Source of the DNA: Deltaproteobacteria bacterium
GTDB taxonomy: Bacteria > Desulfobacterota > Binatia > HRBIN30
Length of the DNA stretch: 57,884 nt
Direction of reading: 5' to 3'
Assembly: GCA_016200585.1 (NCBI GenBank)
Contig: JACQEN010000198.1
Span: 1-57,884 of the forward strand
Both the position numbers and the translations under genes were made by a program. Below the pieces are notes generated by a model. The model did no database searches and was not told where the DNA came from. It saw only the letters and a list, made by a program, of their open reading frames with translations. Below, one piece after another: positions 9,060-17,876 of the stretch (positions within the stretch are counted from its first letter, which is position 1; every line of letters starts with the position of its first letter).

Positions 9060-9154
9060 TCGAAGGTCGAAGAGTCCAAACGTCGAAACGTGTGGAACCT
9101 GCCCCAGACATCGTATGCGCGGTTCGACTTCTTGACTTTTTGACTTTTCGACTT
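9057..9154. repeat. Inverted octamer tandem-repeat element
   Basis: NNGTCGAA-like units at 9057-9087; TTCGACTT CTTGACTT TTTGACTT TTCGACTT at 9123-9154. Confidence 0.75.
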
Positions 9155-9170
9155 CCTAGATCCTGCGGTT

Positions 9171-10637
9171 ATGTTACCGCTATTCCCGCGCATCGGCGGC
9201 CTCGACGGTATCGCTGCGCTGCGCACCAGACTGCATGAGCTTGGTCTCGCTCTGCCTGCCGACGACGAACCCCTCTCGGCGCCTTCTTCGCCGTTGGCTC
9301 AGCCGCTTGATCTCGGTGCGGTGAATGGAACGCGGCGCGTCGCTGCGAACCGGTTCGTGATCCAGCCGATGGAAGGCTGGGACGGCAGCGCCGACGGCCA
9401 ACCGAGCGATCTCACCGTGCGTCGCTGGCGCAACTTCGGCCGTTCCGGCGCGGCTTGGATCTGGGGCGGTGAAGCCGTTGCCGTGCGGCCGGAAGGACGC
9501 GCCAATCCGCATCAGCTGATCATGAACGACGCAACGGCGGCATCGATCGGTACGCTGCGTCGCGAGCTCATCGAAGCAGGGCAGGGCGGCGACCTCGTCG
9601 TCGGCTTGCAGCTGACACACAGCGGTCGCTGGTCGCGTCCAATCTCCGGCGGCGCGGCGCCGCGCATCGCCTTTCGCCATCCGCTGCTCGACCCACGCTC
9701 TGGGGTGCACGACGATTCGCCGCTGCTGTCTGATATGGAAGTCGACGATCTGATCCGGACGTTTGCTCGCGCCGCGTATCTGGCTCAAGAGGAAGGCTTC
9801 GAGTTCGTCGATGTGAAACATTGCCACGGCTATCTGCTGCACGAGTTTCTTGCGGCGCGGACGCGACACGGACACTGGGGCGGTCCGACCCTGGGCGAAC
9901 GGTCGCGGCTCGCCGTGGCGGTGATCGAAGCAGTGCGCACGGCGGCGCCGCGGTTGGCGATTGGTGTTCGTCTCTCGGCATTCGATTGCGTGCCGTACCG
10001 GCCGGCGTCGATCGATGCCGACGGCAAACGCGGCCCGGGAATTCCCGAAGAGCACTCGCAGCCCTACGGCTACGGTTTCGGTGTCGATCTCGACGAGCCG
10101 TCGCGCGCCGACCTGGAAGAACCGCTCGAGCTCGTCCGTACCCTGCGCGACCTGGGCGTGAGATGGCTCAATGTTACCGCCGGCAGCCCGTACTACGTGC
10201 CCCACATCCAGCGCCCGGCCGCGTTTCCCCCGAGCGACGGCTACGCACCGCCGGAAGATCCGCTCGTCGGTGTGGTGCGCTTGCTCGATGTCGCTCGTCG
10301 AATCAAAGCGGCGGTGCCGGAGATGGTCGTCGTTTCGACCGGTTGGAGTTATCTCCAGGAGTACATCGCGCCCGTTGCCCAAGCGTGCATCCGCGACGGC
10401 TGGTTCGATGCGATCGGCTTGGGCCGCATGGTGCTGGCGTATCCGGAGCTACCGGCCGACGTATTGGGCGGGCGGCCAGTGCAACGCAAACGCTTGTGCC
10501 GCACGTTCAGCGATTGCACCACCGCCCCGCGTGCCGGTTTGGTGTCGGGGTGCTACCCGCTCGACGCGTTTTACCGCGGCCGTCCGGAGTACGAAGCTCT
10601 GCAAACCGTCAAACGCGGACAGCGCCGCTCCGGTTGA
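9171..10637 (+). CDS. NADH:flavin oxidoreductase / Old Yellow Enzyme-family protein
   Basis: NRFVIQPME, LQLTHSGR, KHCHGYLLHEFL, G.WGG, GVRLS, GLGRMVLAYPELP. Confidence 0.88.
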   Translation: MLPLFPRIGGLDGIAALRTRLHELGLALPADDEPLSAPSSPLAQPLDLGAVNGTRRVAANRFVIQPMEGWDGSADGQPSDLTVRRWRNFGRSGAAWIWGGEAVAVRPEGRANPHQLIMNDATAASIGTLRRELIEAGQGGDLVVGLQLTHSGRWSRPISGGAAPRIAFRHPLLDPRSGVHDDSPLLSDMEVDDLIRTFARAAYLAQEEGFEFVDVKHCHGYLLHEFLAARTRHGHWGGPTLGERSRLAVAVIEAVRTAAPRLAIGVRLSAFDCVPYRPASIDADGKRGPGIPEEHSQPYGYGFGVDLDEPSRADLEEPLELVRTLRDLGVRWLNVTAGSPYYVPHIQRPAAFPPSDGYAPPEDPLVGVVRLLDVARRIKAAVPEMVVVSTGWSYLQEYIAPVAQACIRDGWFDAIGLGRMVLAYPELPADVLGGRPVQRKRLCRTFSDCTTAPRAGLVSGCYPLDAFYRGRPEYEALQTVKRGQRRSG

Positions 10638-10742
10638 GGCCGCCAATGCTCTACGCAGCGCGTTTGCGCTGCAGGCCACGCACTGCGGCCGCCGCCAGCA
10701 ACAATGTCAGGACGGTCAAACCACCTTCGGATCGCTGGCCGT

Positions 10743-11267
10743 TTACGGCGCGGGGCAAGCCGTTATGCAGGCGCCATCGGTGTCTTGGCACGTTACGCCG
10801 GAGGCCTGCGCGGTAGCAAGACAATCCTGCAAGCAAGAGAGCTGACTCGGCGTGCCAGGGTCATTGTTGTCAAAACAATCGTTCGCGCATGAACCGGCTG
10901 CAGTTAGGATTCCGTTCGCGCAAAACGTGAATTGCTTGGCGCAATCGACCAAGCAGGTCTTTTGCGGATCCTGAAGGGGCGGCAGGTCGAAACAGCCTGG
11001 TCTGCAGTTCAAATGGTAATTGACCATGCACCCGTGTCTCGTAGAGAAAAAATCCGTCGTGCATGCGTGATTACAAGTGGGAAACAAAGCGGGGGCGCCA
11101 GCACGACACTGCTCCGTGCAAACACGGCGCGTAATCGCAAGCGGCGCAACACACATCCTCAATTGCGCTCCGCATTCGTGCGTGCACGCCTGATCTGTAG
11201 CCCAAGCGTTGCCTGCGGCGAACAACAGAACGACGACAACAAGACCGTCGTATCGGCTAGATCGCAT
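10743..11267 (-). CDS. Secreted cysteine-rich protein with two tandem 10-Cys modules
   Basis: SD GGAGGG before ATG 11267, signal peptide ending AWA, 20 Cys mostly as CxxxC pairs. Confidence 0.75.
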   Translation of the reverse strand: MRSSRYDGLVVVVLLFAAGNAWATDQACTHECGAQLRMCVAPLAITRRVCTEQCRAGAPALFPTCNHACTTDFFSTRHGCMVNYHLNCRPGCFDLPPLQDPQKTCLVDCAKQFTFCANGILTAAGSCANDCFDNNDPGTPSQLSCLQDCLATAQASGVTCQDTDGACITACPAP

Positions 11268-11510
11268 AGCGTGCCCCTCCCGGATAGCGTTATGGCCCCT
11301 GTACGAACACCGCGTCAAGCCGGTGATCGAGTTGTCGATCGGCTCTTGGTATCGCATTCGTAGGGATTTGCCGGCGTAGCCGTTTTGCGTGTCGAGAAAG
11401 TAGTCAAACCCATCGCGGCGTGAGCAAGGCTTAGGCACGACTCGCCGCTGCCGTCTGCGGGACCGCAAGTCTCGAACGACGACGCCTCTTCCAGCGCACG
11501 CTCACGGGTG

Positions 11511-11527
11511 CTGGCATCGCCATTGCT
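11511..11527 (+). promoter_or_regulatory. Sigma54 (-24/-12) promoter of nasTS
   Basis: CTGGCATCGCCATTGCT is GG-N10-GC and close to the TGGCAC-N5-TTGC consensus; lies ~85 nt upstream of nasT. Confidence 0.75.
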
Positions 11528-11611
11528 GAGAACGCTCTCGCTGAATTGATTGAAACGCCGAGAGTGGCTCGCTGGGTCAATTCGGTGCGCGATAGAGATT
11601 TGAGGGTTTCT

Positions 11612-12196
11612 TTGCAGAGCCGATTGCGGGTGATGATTGTCGACGAGAAGGCAGAGCGGGCGGCGCTGATCGAATCGGGTTTGATCGAAGCCGGTTGCGA
11701 GGTGGTGGGCTGCTTGATCGGGCAGTCCGACCTGGAGAGCAAAGTCAGCTCCCTCCAACCCGATGTCATCGTCATCGATATGGAGTGTCCCGACCGCGAT
11801 ACGCTGGAGGACATGTTCCGCACCACGCTGCATCGGCAACACCCGACGGTGATGTTCGTCGACCGCAGCGACAGTGAGTCGATCCGGGCCGCGGTGCAAG
11901 CCGGCGTCAGCGCGTATGTCGTCGGCGGCTTGAGCCCGGAACGTGTGCGGCCGATTCTCGAGGTGGCGATTGCGCGCTTTCAGGAGTTTCAAACCCTGCG
12001 GCGCGAGCTGGACGATGCCAAGTCGAACCTCGAAGAGCGCAAGGTCGTCGAGCGTGCCAAGGGCATTCTGATGAAGCGCCGCGGCATGGCCGAAGACGAG
12101 GCCTTCCGTCTCCTGCGCAAGATGGCCATGGACCGCAAGATACGTTTGGCAGCGCTGGCGCGTGAGATCGTCGCCGCGGCGGAGGTGTTGCTTTGA
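11612..12196 (+). CDS. nasT: ANTAR-domain RNA-binding regulator (receiver-like + ANTAR)
   Basis: PDVIVIDMECPDRDTLE, AVQAGVSAYVV, LEERKVVERAKGILM...EDEAFRLLRKMAM. Probable TTG start at 11612 after GAGGG. Confidence 0.92.
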   Translation: MQSRLRVMIVDEKAERAALIESGLIEAGCEVVGCLIGQSDLESKVSSLQPDVIVIDMECPDRDTLEDMFRTTLHRQHPTVMFVDRSDSESIRAAVQAGVSAYVVGGLSPERVRPILEVAIARFQEFQTLRRELDDAKSNLEERKVVERAKGILMKRRGMAEDEAFRLLRKMAMDRKIRLAALAREIVAAAEVLL

Positions 12197-13455
12197 AGCC
12201 GTTGCGCGTTGGGTTTATTCCGTTGTCCGATTGCGCGGTCCTCGCGGTGGCGCAGGAAAAGGGTTTCTTTCGCCGCCATGAAATCGAGGTGACGTTGTCG
12301 CGCGAGGTGTCGTGGGCCAACGTCCGCGACAAGGTCGCAACCGGCGACCTCGATGCGGCGCAGATGCTCGCCGGTATGCCGTTGGCGGCGACCGCGGGAA
12401 TCGACCCGTTCGCCGAACCGATGGTGACGGGGCTGAGCCTCGGACTCAACGGCAATGCGATCACGGTGTCGACGTCGCTGTGGGCGCGTATGCAGGAGGC
12501 CGATGCCGACAGTGTGATGCGACGACCGGCCTCGGCAGTGGCGTTGCGCCGCGTTATCGACGACGACCGCCGGCAGCGCCGGCCGATGTTGCGCTTCGCC
12601 ATGGTCTATCCGTTTTCGACGCACAACTACGAGCTGCGCTATTGGCTGGCGGCTGCCGGTATCGATCCCGACAACGACGTCCGCCTGTCGGTCGTTCCCC
12701 CGATCCGTATGGTGGAGATGCTCGGACGCGTTGCCGTCGACGGTTTCTGCGTCGGTGAGCCGTGGAGCTCGTTGGCGGTGTCGCGTGGCCTCGGCCGCAT
12801 CGTGGCGACCAAGTATGACATCTGGAACAACAGCCCCGAGAAGGTTCTCGCCGTCAAGCGTCGCTTCGCCGAACAGAACCCGGAGGTGCACCGCGCCTTG
12901 CTGCGCGCCGTTCTCGATGCGGCTCGCTGGGCCGATCTCCCTGAGAACCGTGGGGAGGTTGCGAGAATTCTCGCCGCCGAGGCTTACATCGGAGTGCCGG
13001 AGCCCGTGCTTGCAGCGACGCTGGACGGTCGCGTCGTCCTGGCTCGCGACGAGGCCCCCGTTTCGATACCCGACTTCCATGTGTTTCACCGCTATGGCGC
13101 AAACGTTCCGTGGATCTCGCACGCGCTGTGGCTGCTCGTCCAAATGCTGCGCTGGGGGCAGCTGACGAGCGCGCCTAACTTGATGAAGTTGGCGCGCTCC
13201 GTCTATCGCGTCGATCTCTATCGCGCTGCCGCCCTCGAGCTCGGCGTCTCGGCGCCCGACGCCGATTTGAAGAGTGAGGGTGTGCATGGAGGCCCATGGT
13301 CGCTGCCGGGGACGGCCGGGCCCGTGGAAATGGGTCCGGATCTCTTCTTCGACGGCCGCGAGTTTCATCCGACCGAGCTTGCCTCATACCTCATGAGCTT
13401 GCAGGGCAATCTACCGCAACGCAGCTTCGAGGCCCTCTTGGAGGCCAATTCGTGA
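12193..13455 (+). CDS. nasS: Cytoplasmic nitrate/nitrite sensor (NrtA/CmpA fold, no signal peptide)
   Basis: GFIPLSDCA, SWANVRDK, NGNAIT, FSTHNYELRYWL, GFCVGEPW, PEKVL. Overlaps nasT and has no export signal. Confidence 0.88.
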   Translation: MKPLRVGFIPLSDCAVLAVAQEKGFFRRHEIEVTLSREVSWANVRDKVATGDLDAAQMLAGMPLAATAGIDPFAEPMVTGLSLGLNGNAITVSTSLWARMQEADADSVMRRPASAVALRRVIDDDRRQRRPMLRFAMVYPFSTHNYELRYWLAAAGIDPDNDVRLSVVPPIRMVEMLGRVAVDGFCVGEPWSSLAVSRGLGRIVATKYDIWNNSPEKVLAVKRRFAEQNPEVHRALLRAVLDAARWADLPENRGEVARILAAEAYIGVPEPVLAATLDGRVVLARDEAPVSIPDFHVFHRYGANVPWISHALWLLVQMLRWGQLTSAPNLMKLARSVYRVDLYRAAALELGVSAPDADLKSEGVHGGPWSLPGTAGPVEMGPDLFFDGREFHPTELASYLMSLQGNLPQRSFEALLEANS

Positions 13456-13457
13456 GT

Positions 13458-13496
13458 TGCCTGCGTCTTTCGCATTGCCCTCAGCTTGAGCGGCAA
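13458..13496 (+). promoter_or_regulatory. Possible upstream activator (NtrC-like) sites
   Basis: TGC-N11-GCA at 13458-13474 and an imperfect palindrome TTGCCCTCAGCTTGAGCGGCAA, ~65-100 nt upstream of the sigma54 promoter. Confidence 0.35.
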
Positions 13497-13557
13497 GCCC
13501 CTGGGCGAGGTGGTGTGCGGTGTCGAAGGTGGAACACGTTCGGGAGCGCTGCCGTAG

Positions 13558-13572
13558 CGGCACGCCCCTTGC
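13558..13572 (+). promoter_or_regulatory. Sigma54 (-24/-12) promoter of the nitrate assimilation operon
   Basis: CGGCACGCCCCTTGC is GG-N10-GC, near consensus. Confidence 0.8.
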
Positions 13573-13630
13573 GTTAAGGTCTCGTCAAGCGTGCGGTGGA
13601 GAAGAGACAGCACGCGCAAAACGAAGTGGG

Positions 13631-13701
13631 GCGAACCATCGACGGTTCGTCCGCGGACAACGACGTCCCTTCGTGCGGAAAGCTCCGCGCAAGGAGAGAC
13701 G
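13631..13701 (+). promoter_or_regulatory. ANTAR-target leader RNA: dual hexaloop hairpins plus a competing hairpin
   Basis: P1 GCGAACC-ATCGAC-GGTTCGT (13631-13650) and P2 GGAC-AACGAC-GTCC (13655-13668), both loops with A1/G4. The 3' side of P2 can pair into CGTC-CCTT-C-GTGCGGA-aagc-TCCGCGC-AAGG-aga-GACG. Confidence 0.85.
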
Positions 13702-13715
13702 ATGAGGAGTCCGCG

Positions 13716-16700
13716 ATGAATCGAGCTTCGAAAGTAGCTGTACCCACTTCGACGCCGCAGTTGGCTGCGGAAGAATCCGCTGTCGATGTCACGGGCAAGC
13801 GCATCATCGTGGTCGGCCACGGCATGGTCGGCCACCGCTTCTGCGAGGAGATGGCGGCAGGCGGCTCGCGGCAGCCGTTTCGTATCACTTGCTTCGGAGA
13901 GGAACGTCGAACCGCCTACGACCGCGTCCCTCTGAGCGACTTCTTTGCCGGGAAGAGCGCCGCCGACCTGCAACTCGCCGACCCCGACTGGTACGCGGCG
14001 CAGGCGATCGAGCTCTGTGTCGGTGAGCGCGTCGTCGGCATCGATCGCGGCAATCGCACCGTTGTCACCGACCGCGATCGACAGGTTTCTTACGACATCT
14101 TGGTGCTGGCCACCGGCTCCGCGCCCTTCGTTCCACCGATTCCCGGCACCGACCTTCCCGGCGTGTTCGTCTATCGCACGATCGAAGACCTTGAAGCCAT
14201 TCAGGCGTGGGGCCGTCGTGGCGGACGTGCCGCGGTCATCGGCGGCGGCTTGCTCGGGCTCGAAGCGGCCAAGGCGGCGCTCGATCTGGGGCTCGAAACG
14301 CACGTCATCGAAGCCGCACCGCGATTGATGCCGCGGCAAGTCGACACCGGTGGTGGTCAGGTACTGCGGGCCGCCATCGAGCGCCTTGGCGTGCGGGTTC
14401 GTGTCGGGGCGCAAACCGAGGCGATCTTCGGTGAGGGCAGCGTAGCCGGATTGCGTTTCCGCGACGGCGAGGAGCTGGCGGTCGACATAGTGATCATTTC
14501 TGCCGGCATCCGGCCGCGTGACGAGTTGGCGCGGTCGGCCGGCCTCGTGATCGGCGAACGCGGCGGGATCGTCGTCGACCCGACGTTGGCGACGAGCGAT
14601 CCCCACATCTTCTGCATCGGGGAAAGCGCGCTGGTCAACGGCATGATCTACGGCCTGGTGGCGCCGGGCTACGACATGGCGCGCGCGCTGGCGGCGCGTT
14701 TGCGCGGCGGCGACAGCGTCTTCTCCGGTGCGGATCTGTCCGCCAAGCTGAAGCTTCTCGGGGTTGAGGTGGCGAGCTTCGGCGACGCGTTTGCCGATGA
14801 GACGGCAGGCAGCGAGGCGCGCCGCGTGGTGTTCGAGGATCGCGCCGCCGGCGTCTACCAGAAGCTGGTTACCAGCACCGATGGGCGGCGCTTGCTCGGC
14901 GGCGTGCTGGTTGGCGACGCCAGCGCCTACACCCGCTTGCTGGCGCTTCTACGGACCGGCGCCGAGCTGCCCGAGCGCTTGCACGAAGTCCTGTTCGGTG
15001 CCGCTGCCGCCGACGCCAACGGTTCGCTCGCGGCCTTCGATGACGAAGCACAGATCTGTTCCTGTAACCAGGTATCGAAGGGAGCGATCTGCAGCGCCAT
15101 CCGCGATCAACAGCTGACGACGGTCGGAGGCATCAAGGCCTGTACGCGCGCCGGCACCGGTTGCGGCGGCTGCGTGCCGTTCGTTGCGAAAATCCTGGAA
15201 TGCGAGCTTGCGGCCAGCGGCCGTCAGGTCAACCGCAACCTCTGCGAGCACTTCGCTTACACGCGCCAGGAGTTGTTTCAGATCGTCAAGCTCGGACGCA
15301 TCGTCAGTTTTGATGAGTTGCTCGCGGGCCATGGGCAGGGCGGCGGCTGCGAGGTGTGTCGTCCGGCCGTCGCATCGATCTTGGCCAGCAGCTGGAACGA
15401 TTTCGTCCTCAAGCACGCGACGATTCAAGACACCAACGACCGCTTCCTCGCCAACATTCAGCGTGGCGGGACCTACTCGGTGATTCCACGCATTCCGGGC
15501 GGCGAGATCACCCCGGAAAAGCTCATGGTGATCGCCGACGTCGCACGACGCTACGACTTGTACTGCAAGATTACCGGCGGCCAGCGCATCGATCTGCTCG
15601 GTGCGCGCGTCGACCAGTTGCCGGCGATCTGGGAGGAGCTGGTCAACGCCGGGTTCGAAAGCGGCCACGCCTACGGCAAGGCGATGCGTACGGTGAAGAG
15701 CTGCGTCGGATCAACCTGGTGCCGCTTCGGCGTGCAGGATTCGACGGCACTGGCCATCCGCATCGAAGAGCGCTACCGCGGCATCCGCGCGCCGCACAAG
15801 CTCAAGTCGGCGGTCTCCGGTTGCATCCGGGAATGCGCCGAAGCGCAGAGCAAAGACTTTGGCGTCATTGCGACGGAGAAGGGCTGGAACCTGTACCTGT
15901 GCGGCAACGGCGGGTCGCAGCCGCGTCACGCCGACCTCGTGGCCAGCGACGTCGACGAAGAAACGCTGATCCGTCTGATCGATCGCTTCCTGATGTACTA
16001 CATCCACACTGCCAACCCGCTCGAGCGCACGGCGCGTTGGTTGGAACGACTCGACGGCGGCATCGAGTATCTCAAGAGCGTGATCGTCGACGACCGTCTC
16101 GGCATTTGCGAACGACTCGAATACGACATGCAATTGCTCGTCGACGCGTACGAGTGCGAGTGGGCGGCGGTGGTGCGCGACCCGCAACGCCAGGCCGCCT
16201 TCCGCCACTTTGCCAACAGCCCTGAGCCGGATCCGCAACTCGCCTTCGTGCGCGAGCGCGGACAACGACGCCCCGAGGACTGGCCGCAATCGCCGGCCAC
16301 CACACCGCCGCTGGTTGCAGTCGAGGGTCAAACGTGGGTGCGCGTCGCCAACGCCGCCGACGTACCGCGCGATGGTGGCGTGACGATCCGTTGTGGTGGG
16401 GCGCAGATCGCCGTCTACCACTTTGCCAGTCGCAACCCAGGAGTCTGGTACGCCTGCCAGGCGATGTGCCCGCATCGCGGCGATATGGTGTTGGGAAGAG
16501 GGCTTCTGGGCACACAAGGCGACGAACCGAAGGTCGCTTGCCCAATGCACAAGAAGACCTTCTCGCTTCTCAGCGGTGTCGGCCTCTCCGATCCGCAGTT
16601 CTCGGTACAGACATTTCCGGTGGAGGTGCGCGACGGTGAGGTGTACGTCGCTCTGCCGCCGTTCGATCAATTGATGACGGCAAACAACGACACCTGCCGC

Positions 16701-16748
16701 GGCGGGCTGTGCGGCGTCGAAGGTCTGGCCACGGAGGCGAACGCGTGA
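13716..16748 (+). CDS. nirB: Assimilatory NAD(P)H nitrite reductase, NirB fused to a C-terminal NirD Rieske domain
   Basis: VVGHGMVG and IGGGLLGLE (FAD/NAD); CSCN..CGGC and CEH..CEVC (BFD-like); KSCVGSTWC and SGCIRECA (siroheme-4Fe4S); C-terminal CPHRG...CPMH Rieske. SD GAGGAG before ATG 13716. Confidence 0.95.
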   Translation: MNRASKVAVPTSTPQLAAEESAVDVTGKRIIVVGHGMVGHRFCEEMAAGGSRQPFRITCFGEERRTAYDRVPLSDFFAGKSAADLQLADPDWYAAQAIELCVGERVVGIDRGNRTVVTDRDRQVSYDILVLATGSAPFVPPIPGTDLPGVFVYRTIEDLEAIQAWGRRGGRAAVIGGGLLGLEAAKAALDLGLETHVIEAAPRLMPRQVDTGGGQVLRAAIERLGVRVRVGAQTEAIFGEGSVAGLRFRDGEELAVDIVIISAGIRPRDELARSAGLVIGERGGIVVDPTLATSDPHIFCIGESALVNGMIYGLVAPGYDMARALAARLRGGDSVFSGADLSAKLKLLGVEVASFGDAFADETAGSEARRVVFEDRAAGVYQKLVTSTDGRRLLGGVLVGDASAYTRLLALLRTGAELPERLHEVLFGAAAADANGSLAAFDDEAQICSCNQVSKGAICSAIRDQQLTTVGGIKACTRAGTGCGGCVPFVAKILECELAASGRQVNRNLCEHFAYTRQELFQIVKLGRIVSFDELLAGHGQGGGCEVCRPAVASILASSWNDFVLKHATIQDTNDRFLANIQRGGTYSVIPRIPGGEITPEKLMVIADVARRYDLYCKITGGQRIDLLGARVDQLPAIWEELVNAGFESGHAYGKAMRTVKSCVGSTWCRFGVQDSTALAIRIEERYRGIRAPHKLKSAVSGCIRECAEAQSKDFGVIATEKGWNLYLCGNGGSQPRHADLVASDVDEETLIRLIDRFLMYYIHTANPLERTARWLERLDGGIEYLKSVIVDDRLGICERLEYDMQLLVDAYECEWAAVVRDPQRQAAFRHFANSPEPDPQLAFVRERGQRRPEDWPQSPATTPPLVAVEGQTWVRVANAADVPRDGGVTIRCGGAQIAVYHFASRNPGVWYACQAMCPHRGDMVLGRGLLGTQGDEPKVACPMHKKTFSLLSGVGLSDPQFSVQTFPVEVRDGEVYVALPPFDQLMTANNDTCRGGLCGVEGLATEANA

Positions 16749-17875
16749 GCCGTTTGAGCATGGATCGGCTGCCAGGCGAGAACGTCGCAACCGTGGGAGC
16801 CTTCCCCGCGTCTCTCACCGGTGCGGAGCGAGCGACGGTAGCTCCCCGTGGCGCAGTGCTGAACCTCTTGCCATGGCGTGATGCGACGATCGCCACACTC
16901 TTGTTGATCGCCGCGATCGCTGTGGGCTCCGGATTCTTCGCCAGCTTCGATCCGGCCTTGCTCGGCTACTGCGCCGCCACTCTCGTTGCCAGCGTCGCGG
17001 TTGTCTGGCGCCTCAGCGCCTTTTGGCGTCGGCCGGCGTCGGCGTTCTACGCTCGTGCCTTGTTGGCGGCGCTGCTGCAGCCCAGCGACTTGCTTCGGAC
17101 GCTGTCGGCGGCCGGTTGCGATCTGGGTGCGCAGAATTTCATTCGCCGGCGTTCCGCGATCCGCTGGGCGGCGCATCTCTTGTTGTCTCTCGGCACGCTG
17201 ACGAGCTTCGCGATCACCGTTCCACTGGTCTTCGGCTGGATGCACTTCGTTGCCGACGGCGAGCGCAGCTTTCGGATGATCGTGTTCAACCTGCCGGCCG
17301 TCCGCTTCGACGTCGGTGGGGCGTTCGCCTGGTGCATCTTCCATGGGCTCATCCTGGCGGCGGTCGCGGTGACATTGGGAGCGCTCTATTTTCTAGTCGC
17401 ACGTTTGCGCCGGCGGACACTGCCGGAGGTAACGGCGAGCTTTGCGATCGCTCCGCTCCTGCTGCTGCTGTTCATTGCTCTCAGCGGCCTGGCGTTACCG
17501 GCAACGCGCGGCTGGCCATTCGGGTTCCGCGTCGCGGCGCTGGCCCACGAGGCGTCGGTCATCGTGCTTCTGGTGGCGTTGCCGTTCTCGAAGCTGAACC
17601 ACCTGTTGGTGCGCCCGCTGCAGCTCGGTGTACGCGCCGTACGCCGAGACGACGCGGCGTGGCGCGCTTGTGCGTCGTGCGCTTCACGGCTTGCTCCGAC
17701 GGCACAGCAGCACGCCGTCGCCGATCTGCTGGAAAGACGCGGCCTGCCGGTGGCGTCGCACTGGCGGCTGTGCCCACAGTGCCGGCGCAAACGTGTCGCT
17801 GCGACCCAGGCGAGTCTGGTCGGGGCGTCGTTCCAGCCGCGCCTGGGTGCCGGCTGCGATCGCGAGGTGGCCTGA
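16745..17875 (+). CDS. Polytopic membrane protein, NarI/cytochrome b-like, with a C-terminal CxxC...CxxC motif
   Basis: Multiple TM helices with His residues (AAHLL, IFHGL, LAHEA, PFSKLNH, resembling the NarI PFSRLVH motif); CASC and CPQC near the C-terminus; GTGA overlap with the nirB stop. Confidence 0.65.
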   Translation: MSRLSMDRLPGENVATVGAFPASLTGAERATVAPRGAVLNLLPWRDATIATLLLIAAIAVGSGFFASFDPALLGYCAATLVASVAVVWRLSAFWRRPASAFYARALLAALLQPSDLLRTLSAAGCDLGAQNFIRRRSAIRWAAHLLLSLGTLTSFAITVPLVFGWMHFVADGERSFRMIVFNLPAVRFDVGGAFAWCIFHGLILAAVAVTLGALYFLVARLRRRTLPEVTASFAIAPLLLLLFIALSGLALPATRGWPFGFRVAALAHEASVIVLLVALPFSKLNHLLVRPLQLGVRAVRRDDAAWRACASCASRLAPTAQQHAVADLLERRGLPVASHWRLCPQCRRKRVAATQASLVGASFQPRLGAGCDREVA

Positions 17876-17876
17876 A

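Noticed and set aside
3328-9154. Short periodic repeats as a CRISPR array
   Set aside because: Units are 7-10 bp without unique spacers, and no cas genes are present in the window.
11528-11539. ANTAR-like hairpin GAG-AACGCT-CTC upstream of nasT
   Set aside because: It is a single 3-bp stem overlapping the expected sigma54 start site, with no second hairpin.
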